NCBI GenBank assembly: GCA_051382335.1
Contig: JBBCAX010000084.1
Location: forward strand, 34,899 to 98,898
DNA length: 64,000 nucleotides
DNA from: Deltaproteobacteria bacterium TL4
GTDB taxonomy: Bacteria > SAR324 > NAC60-12
Direction: 5' to 3'
This document shows positions 52,738-62,591 of this stretch, in pieces. A program made the translations under genes and the position numbers. Numbering within the stretch: the stretch's first letter is position 1; each line of letters begins with the position of its first letter. The notes beneath the pieces are model-generated. The model was not told where the DNA came from. It made no database searches and saw only the letters and a program-made list of their open reading frames with translations.

Positions 52738-52886
52738 TATAGACGTTCATTATAAATAAATTCACAGTAGAAGGAGCGTCCCGCTCCTTGAAAGAGGTGA
52801 GACGCCTCTTCTATAGACTTTCAGATAAGTCTTTCCTGGAAATGCGGAATCCGCCCGCAAAAGCAAGCGGGACGTCTGCGCTCCCA
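52738..52886. repeat. Second copy of the element B left end, followed by different REP-like palindromes
   Basis: TATAGACGTTCATTATAAATAAATTCA (52738-52764); then GTAGAAGGAGCGTCCCGCTCCTT...AAGAGGTGAGACGCCTCTTCTAT; then GCGGGACGTCTGCGCTCCCA. Confidence 0.7.
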
Positions 52887-52889
52887 CAA

Positions 52890-55334
52890 TTAACCTTTAT
52901 CGCGATAGTACAATCGCATCAGGGTTGGCGTGAGATACACATCCGCAAGGAGCGCAACCATGATACAAATTGCGGACAACAATCCAAAATTTGAGAGATT
53001 GCTCCATTCGGAGATAGTGAAAACCGCGAAACCTGAGGATAAAATCAAGCTCGTAAACAACATGGCCCTTCCGGTATATTGCAGCGTGCTATGAATCGCA
53101 TAGTGATAATTATCAGCTTGATCCAGGTAACGATGAAACCCATGCAGGAAATGAATCGTGTCATCGACGACCAGACCAATGGCAATGCTACCAATCAAAA
53201 TGGTAAACATATCCAGCGGATAATCAAAGACCGCCATAAATCCGATGATGAAGACAATGGGGATGATGTTGGGAATCATACTCAATAAGCCAATTTTAAA
53301 TTTACCCAGAAAAAGAATCATCAGACAGGTAATCACCCCAAAGGAAATCACATAACTGATCGCCATGCTGTGGATGACGGAAACGGCTGTGAGTGCGACC
53401 AGGTTAGCAACCCCGGTTATGGTAATGGTGACCTCACGACCAAACGTTCCCTCAAACAGGTCTCTCACCTCCTTTGTAAAATGGACATAATCCATAGCAT
53501 CCAGATTAGGTGTAAAGATCGTAAAGCGGGCTTTGGTGTGTTGTTCGTCAATGAGTGATTTCAAGTCATCCGAACCACTACTTTCAAACAAAAACAGTTC
53601 CTGGGTAACCAACTTTCGGTCCTGAGGAATTTTATAAAATTCAGCATCATTATTGTTGAGAGCTTGATGAATTTCCTTTAAAATATCAGCAATGGACAAG
53701 GTTTGGGCCGGTTGTCCTCCAGTCAGAAATTTCAATTGTTTGATATCGTGGCTCAGTTGTTCCAATTTATTCATAATCTCTGGCTCATTCAACCCATTGA
53801 GCTTTTGGGTATCCACGACTATTTCGAGGGACAAGGTACCCGCCATAAGGCCATCGATCTTTTCAGTCGAAACGCGAAAGGGAGCGTCTTTGGGGAACCA
53901 CTTCAGAGGCTGGTGGGTAAATCGAAGCTGCATTGCTGCCAGAAACGAAACCACGGCAAACCCCAAAAACACAATCAGGATCGTGACAGGACGGCGAACT
54001 ACGAGATTGCCGATACTGCTCAATATTTTCTGCGTCGGTCCAGCGTTCAGATCATCTTTTTCAAACCATCCTTTTTTTTTCACGGGAATAATGGACAATA
54101 ATGCGGGTAGTAGCACCAGGGTATAAAGTAAGGCCATGATCACACCAAACCCGCCAACCATCCCAAGGTCAGCAACAGGCGCGATCTCGGCTCCGGCAAA
54201 GGACCACAAACCGCCTGCAGTGGTGAGGCTCGTCATCACCACGGGAATACCGGAATGTCCAATCGCGTAAACGATGGCTTCTTCCCTACTGTCTCCATGG
54301 GAATAACACTTATAAAATACCGTCAATATATGAACTGAATCGCCAATACCCACGGTTAGTAAAAATGAAGGCAGAATTTGGGTCACAATCGTGAAGGGAA
54401 TTCCAAAAATGGGCAAAAGACTGAGGGTTCCAAACAGCGCAAGAATGACGACGAGTAGCGAGATCAGGGGGCCTGACAGGCGTCGAAGAAGGGCGAAGAC
54501 AAAGATTCCGATGACCAAGACGGATAATCCTGTAAAAAGCGGCAGGTTTTCTTCCATTGATTCACGAAGCGCTCTGGCATAGATCGTAGGACCCGCCATA
54601 TAAACCTTGAAATCCGGGGCTTCATACTTTTTGATGATGTCTCTAAGCGCATGGACTACTTGAGCATTTTCTTCGGGCTTGATAAATTGGTACTTTTGGG
54701 GACTGGGCTCCACAAATTTTGGTTTTTCTTCGTCTTCCATCTCCTCCTCCTCTTCCTGGAAAATCTCTTTATCTTCCTGGAGAACCTCTTTGTCAGCAGT
54801 AAAGGCTGAGATTCTGACGTTAATATTAGTCATCGTCCCATCTTTTGAAATCAAAACGCCCAGATAAGGCAAGGTGGAAAATATCTTCTTTTTTAAAGCC
54901 ATCAACTCCATCTCATTGGTGGGCAATTTTTTCATCAATTCTTCCACAATGAGCTTATCGTTTTCTCCCCGCATCGTCCGTGCATTGATGAGACTGGTGA
55001 CTTTTTCCAGGTGCGGCACAGTGGCTTCAATTTCTTTATGCAGCAATTTCAGTTTTTTTAAAAAATTAAGATCAAAGACCGTTGGCGGTTGTATTGCGAT
55101 TGCGATAATATCATCACGGCCAAACTGTTCTCGCAGCTCATTGTAATGGAGTAAGACGGGATCATCTTTATGGAAAAATCCCTCCATTGTGGAATCAATC
55201 GTGAGTTTGGGAAGTTGGGTATAGAGCGCTGCGGTAATCAACAACGAACCAATCAGAATGCTCCAATGGCGGTGATAGACAAACCTTGCCCATATCTCAA
55301 ATTTATGTTCAATTTGCTCTGTTATTTTTCTCAT
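52890..55334 (-). CDS. MMPL/RND family transporter
   Basis: Two repeat halves with GIGDSVH and GLVVDDTIH, TSLTTAGG, and about 12 TM segments. Confidence 0.92.
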   Translation of the reverse strand: MRKITEQIEHKFEIWARFVYHRHWSILIGSLLITAALYTQLPKLTIDSTMEGFFHKDDPVLLHYNELREQFGRDDIIAIAIQPPTVFDLNFLKKLKLLHKEIEATVPHLEKVTSLINARTMRGENDKLIVEELMKKLPTNEMELMALKKKIFSTLPYLGVLISKDGTMTNINVRISAFTADKEVLQEDKEIFQEEEEEMEDEEKPKFVEPSPQKYQFIKPEENAQVVHALRDIIKKYEAPDFKVYMAGPTIYARALRESMEENLPLFTGLSVLVIGIFVFALLRRLSGPLISLLVVILALFGTLSLLPIFGIPFTIVTQILPSFLLTVGIGDSVHILTVFYKCYSHGDSREEAIVYAIGHSGIPVVMTSLTTAGGLWSFAGAEIAPVADLGMVGGFGVIMALLYTLVLLPALLSIIPVKKKGWFEKDDLNAGPTQKILSSIGNLVVRRPVTILIVFLGFAVVSFLAAMQLRFTHQPLKWFPKDAPFRVSTEKIDGLMAGTLSLEIVVDTQKLNGLNEPEIMNKLEQLSHDIKQLKFLTGGQPAQTLSIADILKEIHQALNNNDAEFYKIPQDRKLVTQELFLFESSGSDDLKSLIDEQHTKARFTIFTPNLDAMDYVHFTKEVRDLFEGTFGREVTITITGVANLVALTAVSVIHSMAISYVISFGVITCLMILFLGKFKIGLLSMIPNIIPIVFIIGFMAVFDYPLDMFTILIGSIAIGLVVDDTIHFLHGFHRYLDQADNYHYAIHSTLQYTGRAMLFTSLILSSGFAVFTISEWSNLSNFGLLSAICIMVALLADVYLTPTLMRLYYRDKG

Positions 55335-55494
55335 TTCCTCTCCTTGAATTCAAAAAATATAATCATTTTATTTTTAGTGGTTTTCGTGTGGTTGGTAAAT
55401 TGACTGGGTGGCTGTCCAAGAACGGAGTTCCCCGACAACCGCAGTACATTATTCATACAACTTCGTCTCGGTCAATAGCAATGACAAAAAGTGA

Positions 55495-55785
55495 CTAACG
55501 AACCCAGAATTTGCGATGCCTCAGAGAGAGCAGAACAAAGAATTCCAGGCGCCCCAGCAACATGATCACAGAAAGTATGATTTTGACCAAATCACTAAAA
55601 TGTGCAAAGTTGTCTGTGGGACCCACCATGCCGAATCCTGGTCCGGCTCCTGCGACGCAAGTCATTACTGCGGTCAGGGAGGTGATCCTATCGTTCGCAT
55701 CAAAATCCAGGATCAGTGTTCCAATGGCGATGATTCCCAGGTAAGTACTAACAAAGGCAAAGACCGAATGCCATAAATCGTCGGA
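55495..55785 (-). pseudogene. trkH: TrkH potassium uptake permease, C-terminal fragment
   Basis: GAGPGFGMVGPTDNFAHFSDLVKIILSVIMLLGRLEFF; only the last 95 or so codons are present. Confidence 0.8.
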
Positions 55786-55938
55786 TTTTGGAAACCATTC
55801 CTTTAAATAACGTTCAGTGTTAGTGTGGATCGTTTTGTGTCCTTGTAAACCAGAAAGAATGCCCCACAAGGATACAGTAGCTACTTCAACATCTGTAAAT
55901 TCTGGGGAATTATTATTGCGGAACCGTTTAGTGCATTG
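55786..55938 (-). pseudogene. IS982-family transposase N-terminal fragment, in frame with the trkH fragment
   Basis: CTKRFRNNNSPEFTDVEVATVSLWG...YLKEWFPK resembles the RFSNN.P.FTD.E..TI...WFP segment of IS982-type transposases. Confidence 0.55.
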
Positions 55939-56181
55939 AAATAATTCCACCTGTGCAGGTGAGGTATTAGCTGTTAGCGTTTAGGTATTAGCTCGTGATT
56001 GACTGCTTTTAAGAAGAGCAAAATGTTAAAAATTCTTTATCACCTCATGCATGTATTTTTTGTTTTGGTCACAAAAACATGAGTTCGTGAGCGCAAAAGG
56101 ATGATGAAAACACATCATTTCCAACAGGCTAAAAGCTAAATGCTAATACCTTACACCTACCTGCACAGGTCGAAATTATTT
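55939..56181. mobile_element. MITE-like element C: about 22-bp terminal inverted repeats with inverted 7-bp tandem repeats inside
   Basis: AAATAATTCCACCTGTGCAGGT / ACCTGCACAGGTCGAAATTATTT; inside, GTATTAG CTGTTAG CGTTTAG GTATTAG on the left and GCTAAAA GCTAAAT GCTAATA on the right. Confidence 0.65.
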
Positions 56182-56285
56182 ATTTATTTCGACTTATGGT
56201 TACTTTCATGCCAAGAGTTCCCACAAAAGGGAACGTCAGAAGGACTGTGATGTGCCTATTCCATTCTTCCTATCAGGAGTAAATT

Positions 56286-57877
56286 ATGAATCTCAAAAAA
56301 ACAGGAGTGATCCTCTTTCTCGTGATGTTCCTCGCCGCCTTTTTCCTTTTCGATCTGGAGCGATATTTGGATCTGGGTTATTTCAAAAGCCAATATCAGC
56401 ACCTTTTGCAATACTACGAAGGTCATCCACTTAAAACCTTAGGAATCTTTTTTCTGATCTATACGCTAGTCACCGCTTTATCAATTCCAGGAGCTACCGT
56501 TTTGACTCTTGCGGCAGGCGCTATTTTTGGAGTGCTGGAAGGAACGATCCTAGTCTCTTTTGCCTCCGCAGGGGGAGCGACACTAGCCTTCTTGATCGCG
56601 CGTTTTTTGTTGCGGGACTGGGTTCAACATCGGTTTGGAGAGCCGTTGCGTTCTGTCAATAGGGCGATGGCGAAAGAAGGCGCCTTTTATCTCTTCACCC
56701 TGCGCTTGTTGCCTGTTGTTCCTTTTTTTGTGATCAATCTGGTGATGGGACTCACCGCTTTGAAAACCTTCACTTTTGCCTGGGTGAGTCAGGTGGGAAT
56801 GCTGGCGGGAACGCTGGTCTATGTGAATGCTGGTACACAACTGGCGAAAATTGACAGTGTCAGGGGCATTCTCTCTCCTGAACTCCTCCTTTCCTTCACC
56901 CTGGTGGGGATTTTTCCGCTCATTGCCCGAAGAGCCGTCTCGTCATTCAAATCCAAAGTTTCAGACGTTTGGGCAGTGAGGTGTTTCAAGTTGAGAAGGC
57001 TCCCCGTTTGATGATTCGGGAGGACTCTGAAGCTTCAGAACGAGTCATGACCCGGTTCAGGGAAGAAGGCATTCAGGTGTTGGTCAATCATAAGGCAATC
57101 CGTTTTGAAACAGAGGGAGCCTTGAAAATCCTGTATTGCCAATATGAAGGGAAGGAGGTTCGGATTGAAGGGGATGAAATCCTGTGTGCGTTGGGACGTG
57201 TGGCTAATACAAAAGGTTATGGGCTTGAAGAACTCGGCATTCCCTTAACCGCCTCTAAAACGATTGAAACCAATGAGTATCTGCAAACGGTGTATCCCAA
57301 CATCTATGCGTGTGGCGATGTAGCGGGTCCCTTTCAATTCACTCATACAGCCGCTCATCAGGCTTGGTATGCCGCTGTCAATGCCCTGTTTGGAAGCCTC
57401 AAAAAATTCAAGGTGGATTATTCCGTGATTCCCTGGTCCACCTTTACCGATCCAGAGGTTGCCCGTGTGGGATTCAATGAACAGGAAGCCCAGCAACAAG
57501 GAATTCCCTATGAAGTCACGACTTATGGAATAGAGGATCTGGATCGTGCGATTGCCGATGGAGAGGCTCACGGCATGGTGAAGGTATTGACAGTTCCTGG
57601 AAAAGACAGGATTTTGGGGGTGACGATTGTCGGGGAACATGCGGGCGATTTGATCGCTGAATATATTCTGGCGATGAAACATGGACTGGGATTGAATAAA
57701 ATTCTGGGAACCATTCACATTTATCCTACTCTGGCAGAAGCCAATAAATACGTGGCTGGGAAATGGAAACGTGCCCATGCTCCTGAGAAACTGTTGCGGT
57801 GGGTGGAAAAATTTCATCAATGGAATATTGAAGAAAAAGGGCAAAATGAGAATTTACGCCTGCACTCTGGTAGATGA
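56286..57877 (+). pseudogene. TVP38/TMEM64 (DedA) + mercuric-reductase/Lpd-like disulfide oxidoreductase fusion with an internal deletion
   Basis: The TVP38 domain (ALSIPGATVLTL, LRLLPVVPFFVINL) joins out of frame near 56955 to SFRRLGSEVFQVE...ACGDVAGPFQFTH...HIYPTLAE. The FAD GxGxxG, CxxxxC and NAD GxGxxG motifs are missing. Confidence 0.8.
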
Positions 57878-57998
57878 TGATCCTGCCTATGATCTGGGTG
57901 CGATCCTGACCGAAGCCATGAAAGTTCGAGTCATGCTGAAACACCATCGCTGTTATTCCTGTTATGCCTATGGAGCTTCCTGTAGCCAATTGAAATAA
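57825..57998 (+). pseudogene. Probable C-terminal tail of a radical SAM protein
   Basis: ILKKKGKMRIYACTLVDDDPAYDLG...VMLKHHRCYSCYAYGASCS-stop; there is no CxxxCxxC N-terminal part upstream. Confidence 0.45.
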
Positions 57999-58061
57999 CG
58001 TTCAAGTTGGGTGATTAGTCCTCCGGTCGCAGCAGGATTAACAGCCTTCATTGATCAAGGA

Positions 58062-58191
58062 CTAGTACATAGTCAGCTTTTATTTTTCGGGTTCGGTAGG
58101 CTGGGATTACATGCCCAGCTTTTGCGAACGTTGTTTTTATCGGGCACGTAGTCCCGATCTACCACAAATTTAAAGGCTGACAGTGTACTAG
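58062..58191. mobile_element. MITE-like element D: CTAG-ended terminal inverted repeats around a GTAG-type REP pair
   Basis: CTAGTACATAGTCAGCTTTTA / TAAAGGCTGACAGTGTACTAG; inner GGTAGGCTGGGATTACATGCCCAGC ... ATCGGGCACGTAGTCCCGATCTACC. Confidence 0.7.
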
Positions 58192-58243
58192 GCTGAAAAA
58201 AGGGATTCATTTGTTGATGGATCATAAGGCAAGAACGGTGATT

Positions 58244-60691
58244 TCAGGTTAACCACGGAATCACTAGCGTAAACGTAGTTCCTTCATCCAACACAGTTTG
58301 CACGTCAATATGACCATGAAGCTCCTCCAGAGAGGACTTGACGGCATCCAGCCCAACCCCTCTGCCTGATACCTCCGATACTTCTTCTTTAGTCGAAAAT
58401 CCGGGGGCAAAAATCAGTTGAATCAATTCCTCCTCTTTCAACGCTTGGGCTTGAGCTTCGGTAATGACCTGCTTTTTCAAAGCGACCGCCTTGACTCGCT
58501 CTGGATCAATACCACCCCCATCGTCTTGAATGCGAATCAACAACTGCTCCAGCGTTTTTTCAGCAGACAGGAGCAACTGCCCTGTTTCCGGTTTTCCCAG
58601 CATGGATCGAATTTCAGGCGACTCAATTCCGTGATCCACCGAGTTACGCACCAAATGAATCATGGCACCGAACAAGGATTCCAGACGCTCATAAGGAACT
58701 TCCGTATTCGCCCCTTTCATCTCCACCTTGATGTGTTTACCTAAACGTTCTGCCAATCCCTCTGCCGCAGAAGCGTATTTACGGAAGAGGGCCTGAATGG
58801 GTTGTTGACGTAACGCATAGAACGCCAACTCTAATTGAGAATGCTGAGCTTCCAGGATTTGAGATTTCAACACCTCATGAACCTTTTGAAGCTTGGATTC
58901 GGCAATCCGATAGACACGTTCGGATTGCCGCTGATCTTCTATGGACACAATGCTGCTCACGGTTTGCAGAGACTCCTGCAAAATGTTTTGTAGTTCCTGC
59001 GTCTCCTGAACCAAAGCCAGACGGCGTGAGTCCGTCAGGGCTTCCCGTCCCTGACGGACTTCTTCCAGTCCTGATTCAATCTGGTGCGCCTGTTCAGCTA
59101 CTTTTTTGAGCGCATAGCTGGCTGAACCGCCTTTAATGGTGTGATAGCAACGAAACAAGGTCGGCACGGTTTTAGGCGAAACCGATTGAGTCAACAATTC
59201 CTGAATCTGGTTGAACAGGGTTTGGAGTTCTCGTAAAAACTGCATAAATCCATCCTGATCGGCCGCAACCTTGAGAATCATCGCATTGCGCTCTTCATCT
59301 GCCTTGAGCTGAGATTCCAGTTCTTTGGCTAAAGTCACATCGGTCAGAATGATCATGATCTTGTGGGAACTGGTTTCATCAATGGCTTGAATCCATCGGT
59401 AATCCACATGGAGGGTACGGGAAGTTCCCTGAATTTCTTTAGGCAGCAAATCGCCCATCACTGCCAGATCCCCTGTTCCCTGAAAGAGTAAATCCATAAT
59501 TTCACGGACCGCGGGTGCCTTTTCCCTGAATAACAGATCGACCGCATTTTGATGGATCAAAGGCTGCTGGAAAAAGAGTTCACAGGCTTTGGAGTATTCC
59601 GAATGAATCCCATAATTATTGCCGAAGCTCAAAAAGCCTTGTCCGATGTTGTTGAGTAAGTCCGCCAGCGCCGCATTCCGATTATGGATTTTGGCATAGC
59701 TTTGTCGCAGAGCTTCTAACATCTTTTTGAAGCTGGCACTTAGTTGTCCGACTTCATCACCGGAGTATATCTCCACAAACGGCGTCAATTTTCCCTGGGC
59801 AAATGCTTCTGAATTCGTGATCTCCTGAGTGACTGCTGTGAGCTGTTTGAGAGGCCGAATCAAACGCCCGGTCAGCAACCAAATGATGATAAATACCACT
59901 GCCAAATTTCCTATAGCGGTCAAAATTAGTTGATATAAGTTGTTTTGCAATAATTTCGGCAGCCGGTTGAGATTAAAGGTCAGCGTTACGCCGTTGATTT
60001 GGGTCTTGTATTCGATTTGATGAACGGTCTCGTTTCCCAGAACAAGGTCATATTCACGCAACACCCCTTTGACTTCATCAGGATTGGAGGTCAGTTTCAG
60101 GGGAGGTTCCGCGGTGGGGGATTCGATGGAGGCGGGAGACCTCGCTTCTGTCAAACCTGGCTGTGGCGTAGCCGCCAGATGAGGATCAGCTACTTCTTCA
60201 ATGATTTCTTCTACCACGTCTTTTTTTGAGGGAGTCGTAACAACGGAAGGCAGGGATTCCGCAGACGCTTCTTCAATGACTTCGAGGTTCTCTGCCTCTT
60301 GTGGTAAATCCGCTGGGGACGCAGTGGTAGTCTGAGCCTTTTGGAATTCTGTCCCATGCTGTTTTTTCAAACGTTGCAGATAGTTTTCACGATCTTTACA
60401 GGAAGGATGTCGAGGATCAATCAACACTTCTTTTAATTCGGAATCGCCAATGCGTTCCAGCATGTTATACAACAATTCCGGATCCTTCAGCAGCACACAA
60501 TCCAGCGCAAAGGAGAGAGTTACTGCCTTTTCGTGGTAGGTTCTCAGAATGGAGGTTTGAAGATTGCGGATTTGGACAACGGTGATGAGGGTCTGATATA
60601 AAAGAATACCCAGGAAGATTCCCAGTAGCAGCTTGGTTCGGATGATACGTTGATTCCACCAGCGACTGATAGGAATGAATAAGGACGGCAT
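58244..60691 (-). CDS. Membrane-bound CheA-like histidine kinase (TM-sensor-TM-HAMP-PAS-like-HPt-HATPase), no CheW domain
   Basis: HAMP LIRPLKQL..DEVGQL; HPt YHTIKGGS; HLVRNSVDHGIE, DDGGGID, IFAPGFST and SGRGVGLDAV; ends at GTTFTLVIPWLT. Confidence 0.88.
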   Translation of the reverse strand: MPSLFIPISRWWNQRIIRTKLLLGIFLGILLYQTLITVVQIRNLQTSILRTYHEKAVTLSFALDCVLLKDPELLYNMLERIGDSELKEVLIDPRHPSCKDRENYLQRLKKQHGTEFQKAQTTTASPADLPQEAENLEVIEEASAESLPSVVTTPSKKDVVEEIIEEVADPHLAATPQPGLTEARSPASIESPTAEPPLKLTSNPDEVKGVLREYDLVLGNETVHQIEYKTQINGVTLTFNLNRLPKLLQNNLYQLILTAIGNLAVVFIIIWLLTGRLIRPLKQLTAVTQEITNSEAFAQGKLTPFVEIYSGDEVGQLSASFKKMLEALRQSYAKIHNRNAALADLLNNIGQGFLSFGNNYGIHSEYSKACELFFQQPLIHQNAVDLLFREKAPAVREIMDLLFQGTGDLAVMGDLLPKEIQGTSRTLHVDYRWIQAIDETSSHKIMIILTDVTLAKELESQLKADEERNAMILKVAADQDGFMQFLRELQTLFNQIQELLTQSVSPKTVPTLFRCYHTIKGGSASYALKKVAEQAHQIESGLEEVRQGREALTDSRRLALVQETQELQNILQESLQTVSSIVSIEDQRQSERVYRIAESKLQKVHEVLKSQILEAQHSQLELAFYALRQQPIQALFRKYASAAEGLAERLGKHIKVEMKGANTEVPYERLESLFGAMIHLVRNSVDHGIESPEIRSMLGKPETGQLLLSAEKTLEQLLIRIQDDGGGIDPERVKAVALKKQVITEAQAQALKEEELIQLIFAPGFSTKEEVSEVSGRGVGLDAVKSSLEELHGHIDVQTVLDEGTTFTLVIPWLT

Positions 60692-60714
60692 ATAGGATCC
60701 CAAGTTGAAAAGCG

Positions 60715-61212
60715 TTAATGAGCCGAGACTTCCTCAATGTCTTCCACCTTCTCTCCAGAGGGCGCAGACGATGCGCTGGGAGCAGAAACCGAAGAGTCTG
60801 TTTTGAAAAACTGATTGAGAAAGTAGGGTTTGCTGGTCGACAAATAAGTCAGCAGCACATACAGCAACAAAGCCATTCCCCACATCCCTCGCTGGAGAGA
60901 AGGTGGAAAGCGATGCCAACATTGAGGCATCATCACCCACAGAATAAACAACAGCAACCCTCCGATTTTGTAATAAAGCCATCGGTCATCCGGGCTGGAA
61001 AACAGATGCGTATTCCAGGCCAGATACACACCTGTCAGAATCGAGACTCCCAAAGCGCTGTAAAACCAACGACGGGTGAGGGTTTGCAGATATTTCCAAA
61101 GGTCATCGGATGGATGGTCTGGACGATGTTTGAGCAAAAACAACTGAAGCAGCAAATACCCGATCAACAAGGTGACGCTGAGAATATGTAAGGTTTTGAT
61201 CAGCAAATACAT
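60715..61212 (-). CDS. SirB2/DUF2269-like four-TM membrane protein
   Basis: MYLLIKTLHILSV, SILTGVYL and WLYYKIG; GAAGGA RBS before ATG 61212. Confidence 0.6.
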   Translation of the reverse strand: MYLLIKTLHILSVTLLIGYLLLQLFLLKHRPDHPSDDLWKYLQTLTRRWFYSALGVSILTGVYLAWNTHLFSSPDDRWLYYKIGGLLLFILWVMMPQCWHRFPPSLQRGMWGMALLLYVLLTYLSTSKPYFLNQFFKTDSSVSAPSASSAPSGEKVEDIEEVSAH

Positions 61213-61226
61213 GGGGTGTTCCTTCT

Positions 61227-61823
61227 TTATTCTGCAATCAAGCCATACCAGGGGGTACGGTTTTGTGGACAACGCCAATAATATTTGCCAGGTTCCAATT
61301 TGATGGCTTTGGTCATCTTGGTTTCACCGGGTTTCCAGCCTCCCATCACAAACACCGTTTTACCTTCATCTCCACTTCCGCCAGACACATTATTGATTTG
61401 AAATCCAAACTCTTCTCCTTTGCGGTTTCCCATTTTCTTACTGATAGTCATTTCCACTTTAAAATATTGATTGGCAGGAATTTTCAGGACTTTGGTCTCT
61501 TTGGGAGGGTTTTGTCCATTACTGAACTCGGCTACCCGTTTATCACGGATCGTCACGCATTCCGGCTGCTTATAAGTGGGTCCCGTCCATTTTTCAGGTT
61601 GCACTTCTGCTTCCGTAAAAATGCAGTTTTCCTGAGTCAGGTGAAAGACAGGGATTTCCCTGATCTCATTATTGACCTTAATTTTTGCGGTGCTCTGAAC
61701 CGGAGTGATCGGGGCATTGTCTTCCCAAGGAGAATAAGCCCACCCGACTCCAGAAATACTCAATAACAACAGACTTCCGCTTGAGAGGGAACGAAAAATA
61801 AATTTTTTACAAAAAAGCATCAT
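61227..61823 (-). CDS. Secreted cupredoxin-like protein
   Basis: GGAGG RBS, signal peptide, LTQENCIFTE..C, and C-terminal LEPGKYYWRCPQNRTPWY. Confidence 0.6.
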   Translation of the reverse strand: MMLFCKKFIFRSLSSGSLLLLSISGVGWAYSPWEDNAPITPVQSTAKIKVNNEIREIPVFHLTQENCIFTEAEVQPEKWTGPTYKQPECVTIRDKRVAEFSNGQNPPKETKVLKIPANQYFKVEMTISKKMGNRKGEEFGFQINNVSGGSGDEGKTVFVMGGWKPGETKMTKAIKLEPGKYYWRCPQNRTPWYGLIAE

Positions 61824-61977
61824 ACAGACCTCCTGAATATGAGAATATGAGAAAAAGATTGAAAAATGAAATATTATATCCTGTTCCCACCATGAGAACA
61901 TCGGCTCTCACAATCAGAGCCTCTGCTGTTTAGTCGATTATCCCCGCCAAATCTTACAAACAAGGTGTAATACGCAT

Positions 61978-62518
61978 TCAATTCAATTCTAATTCCGTGA
62001 CCTTATCAGAAGGTAGCTGATTTTTCAACTGTTTGATCAATCCACGTACATTGCCCAAACAACAAGAGCCTTGCGGGTTTCGGACATCACAGGCGCATTG
62101 TCCGGTTTGGATGCCGGTATTGATGTCGTTCACAATGGCGGAACGGCCTTCCTCAGAGGCAGCGTGAAGCGCACCTACCGTGTGACGGAAGCAATAGCAG
62201 ACAAAGGTTTCTTTTGAGTCGGGGGGCTTTTTGATAAACCGGCTCTCGCACCTGTTCCACGGTAAAAATTTGTTTGCCGTCAAAAGAAAAGTACACGACG
62301 GGGCAAGTCTGCGTCTTGCAAAACAGATATTCCACATCTCGAACGACACGCAAACTCACGGATAAAAAGGCTGTGACGGTCTGCCTCTGCACAGGTTGGG
62401 CAGTGTTTCCACATTGAGGGCAAGCCTTCGCTGTTCGGGCAGGATGCCGAGAATGGGGTGCAGGTAACTCACAAACGGAGTTTCCTGCTTCGGATGAGCA
62501 ATCGCATGAATCCTTCAT
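61978..62518 (-). pseudogene. CopZ-like Zn-binding/(2Fe-2S) metallochaperone split by a 1-nt frameshift
   Basis: CPQCG...YLFCKTQTCPVVYF in one frame and VCYCF...CACDVRNPQGSCC in another. The switch is at the G6 run 62221-62226. Confidence 0.8.
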
Positions 62519-62591
62519 AAAGACCTTTTTTTTCCTATTTGTGGGTATCAAATCTTGCATGAGGCTGCTACAGATGAGTCGTAACTTTGAA

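Noticed and set aside
55961..56155. 7-bp tandem repeats as a CRISPR-like array
   Set aside because: There are no 23-47 bp repeats with unique spacers and no cas genes.
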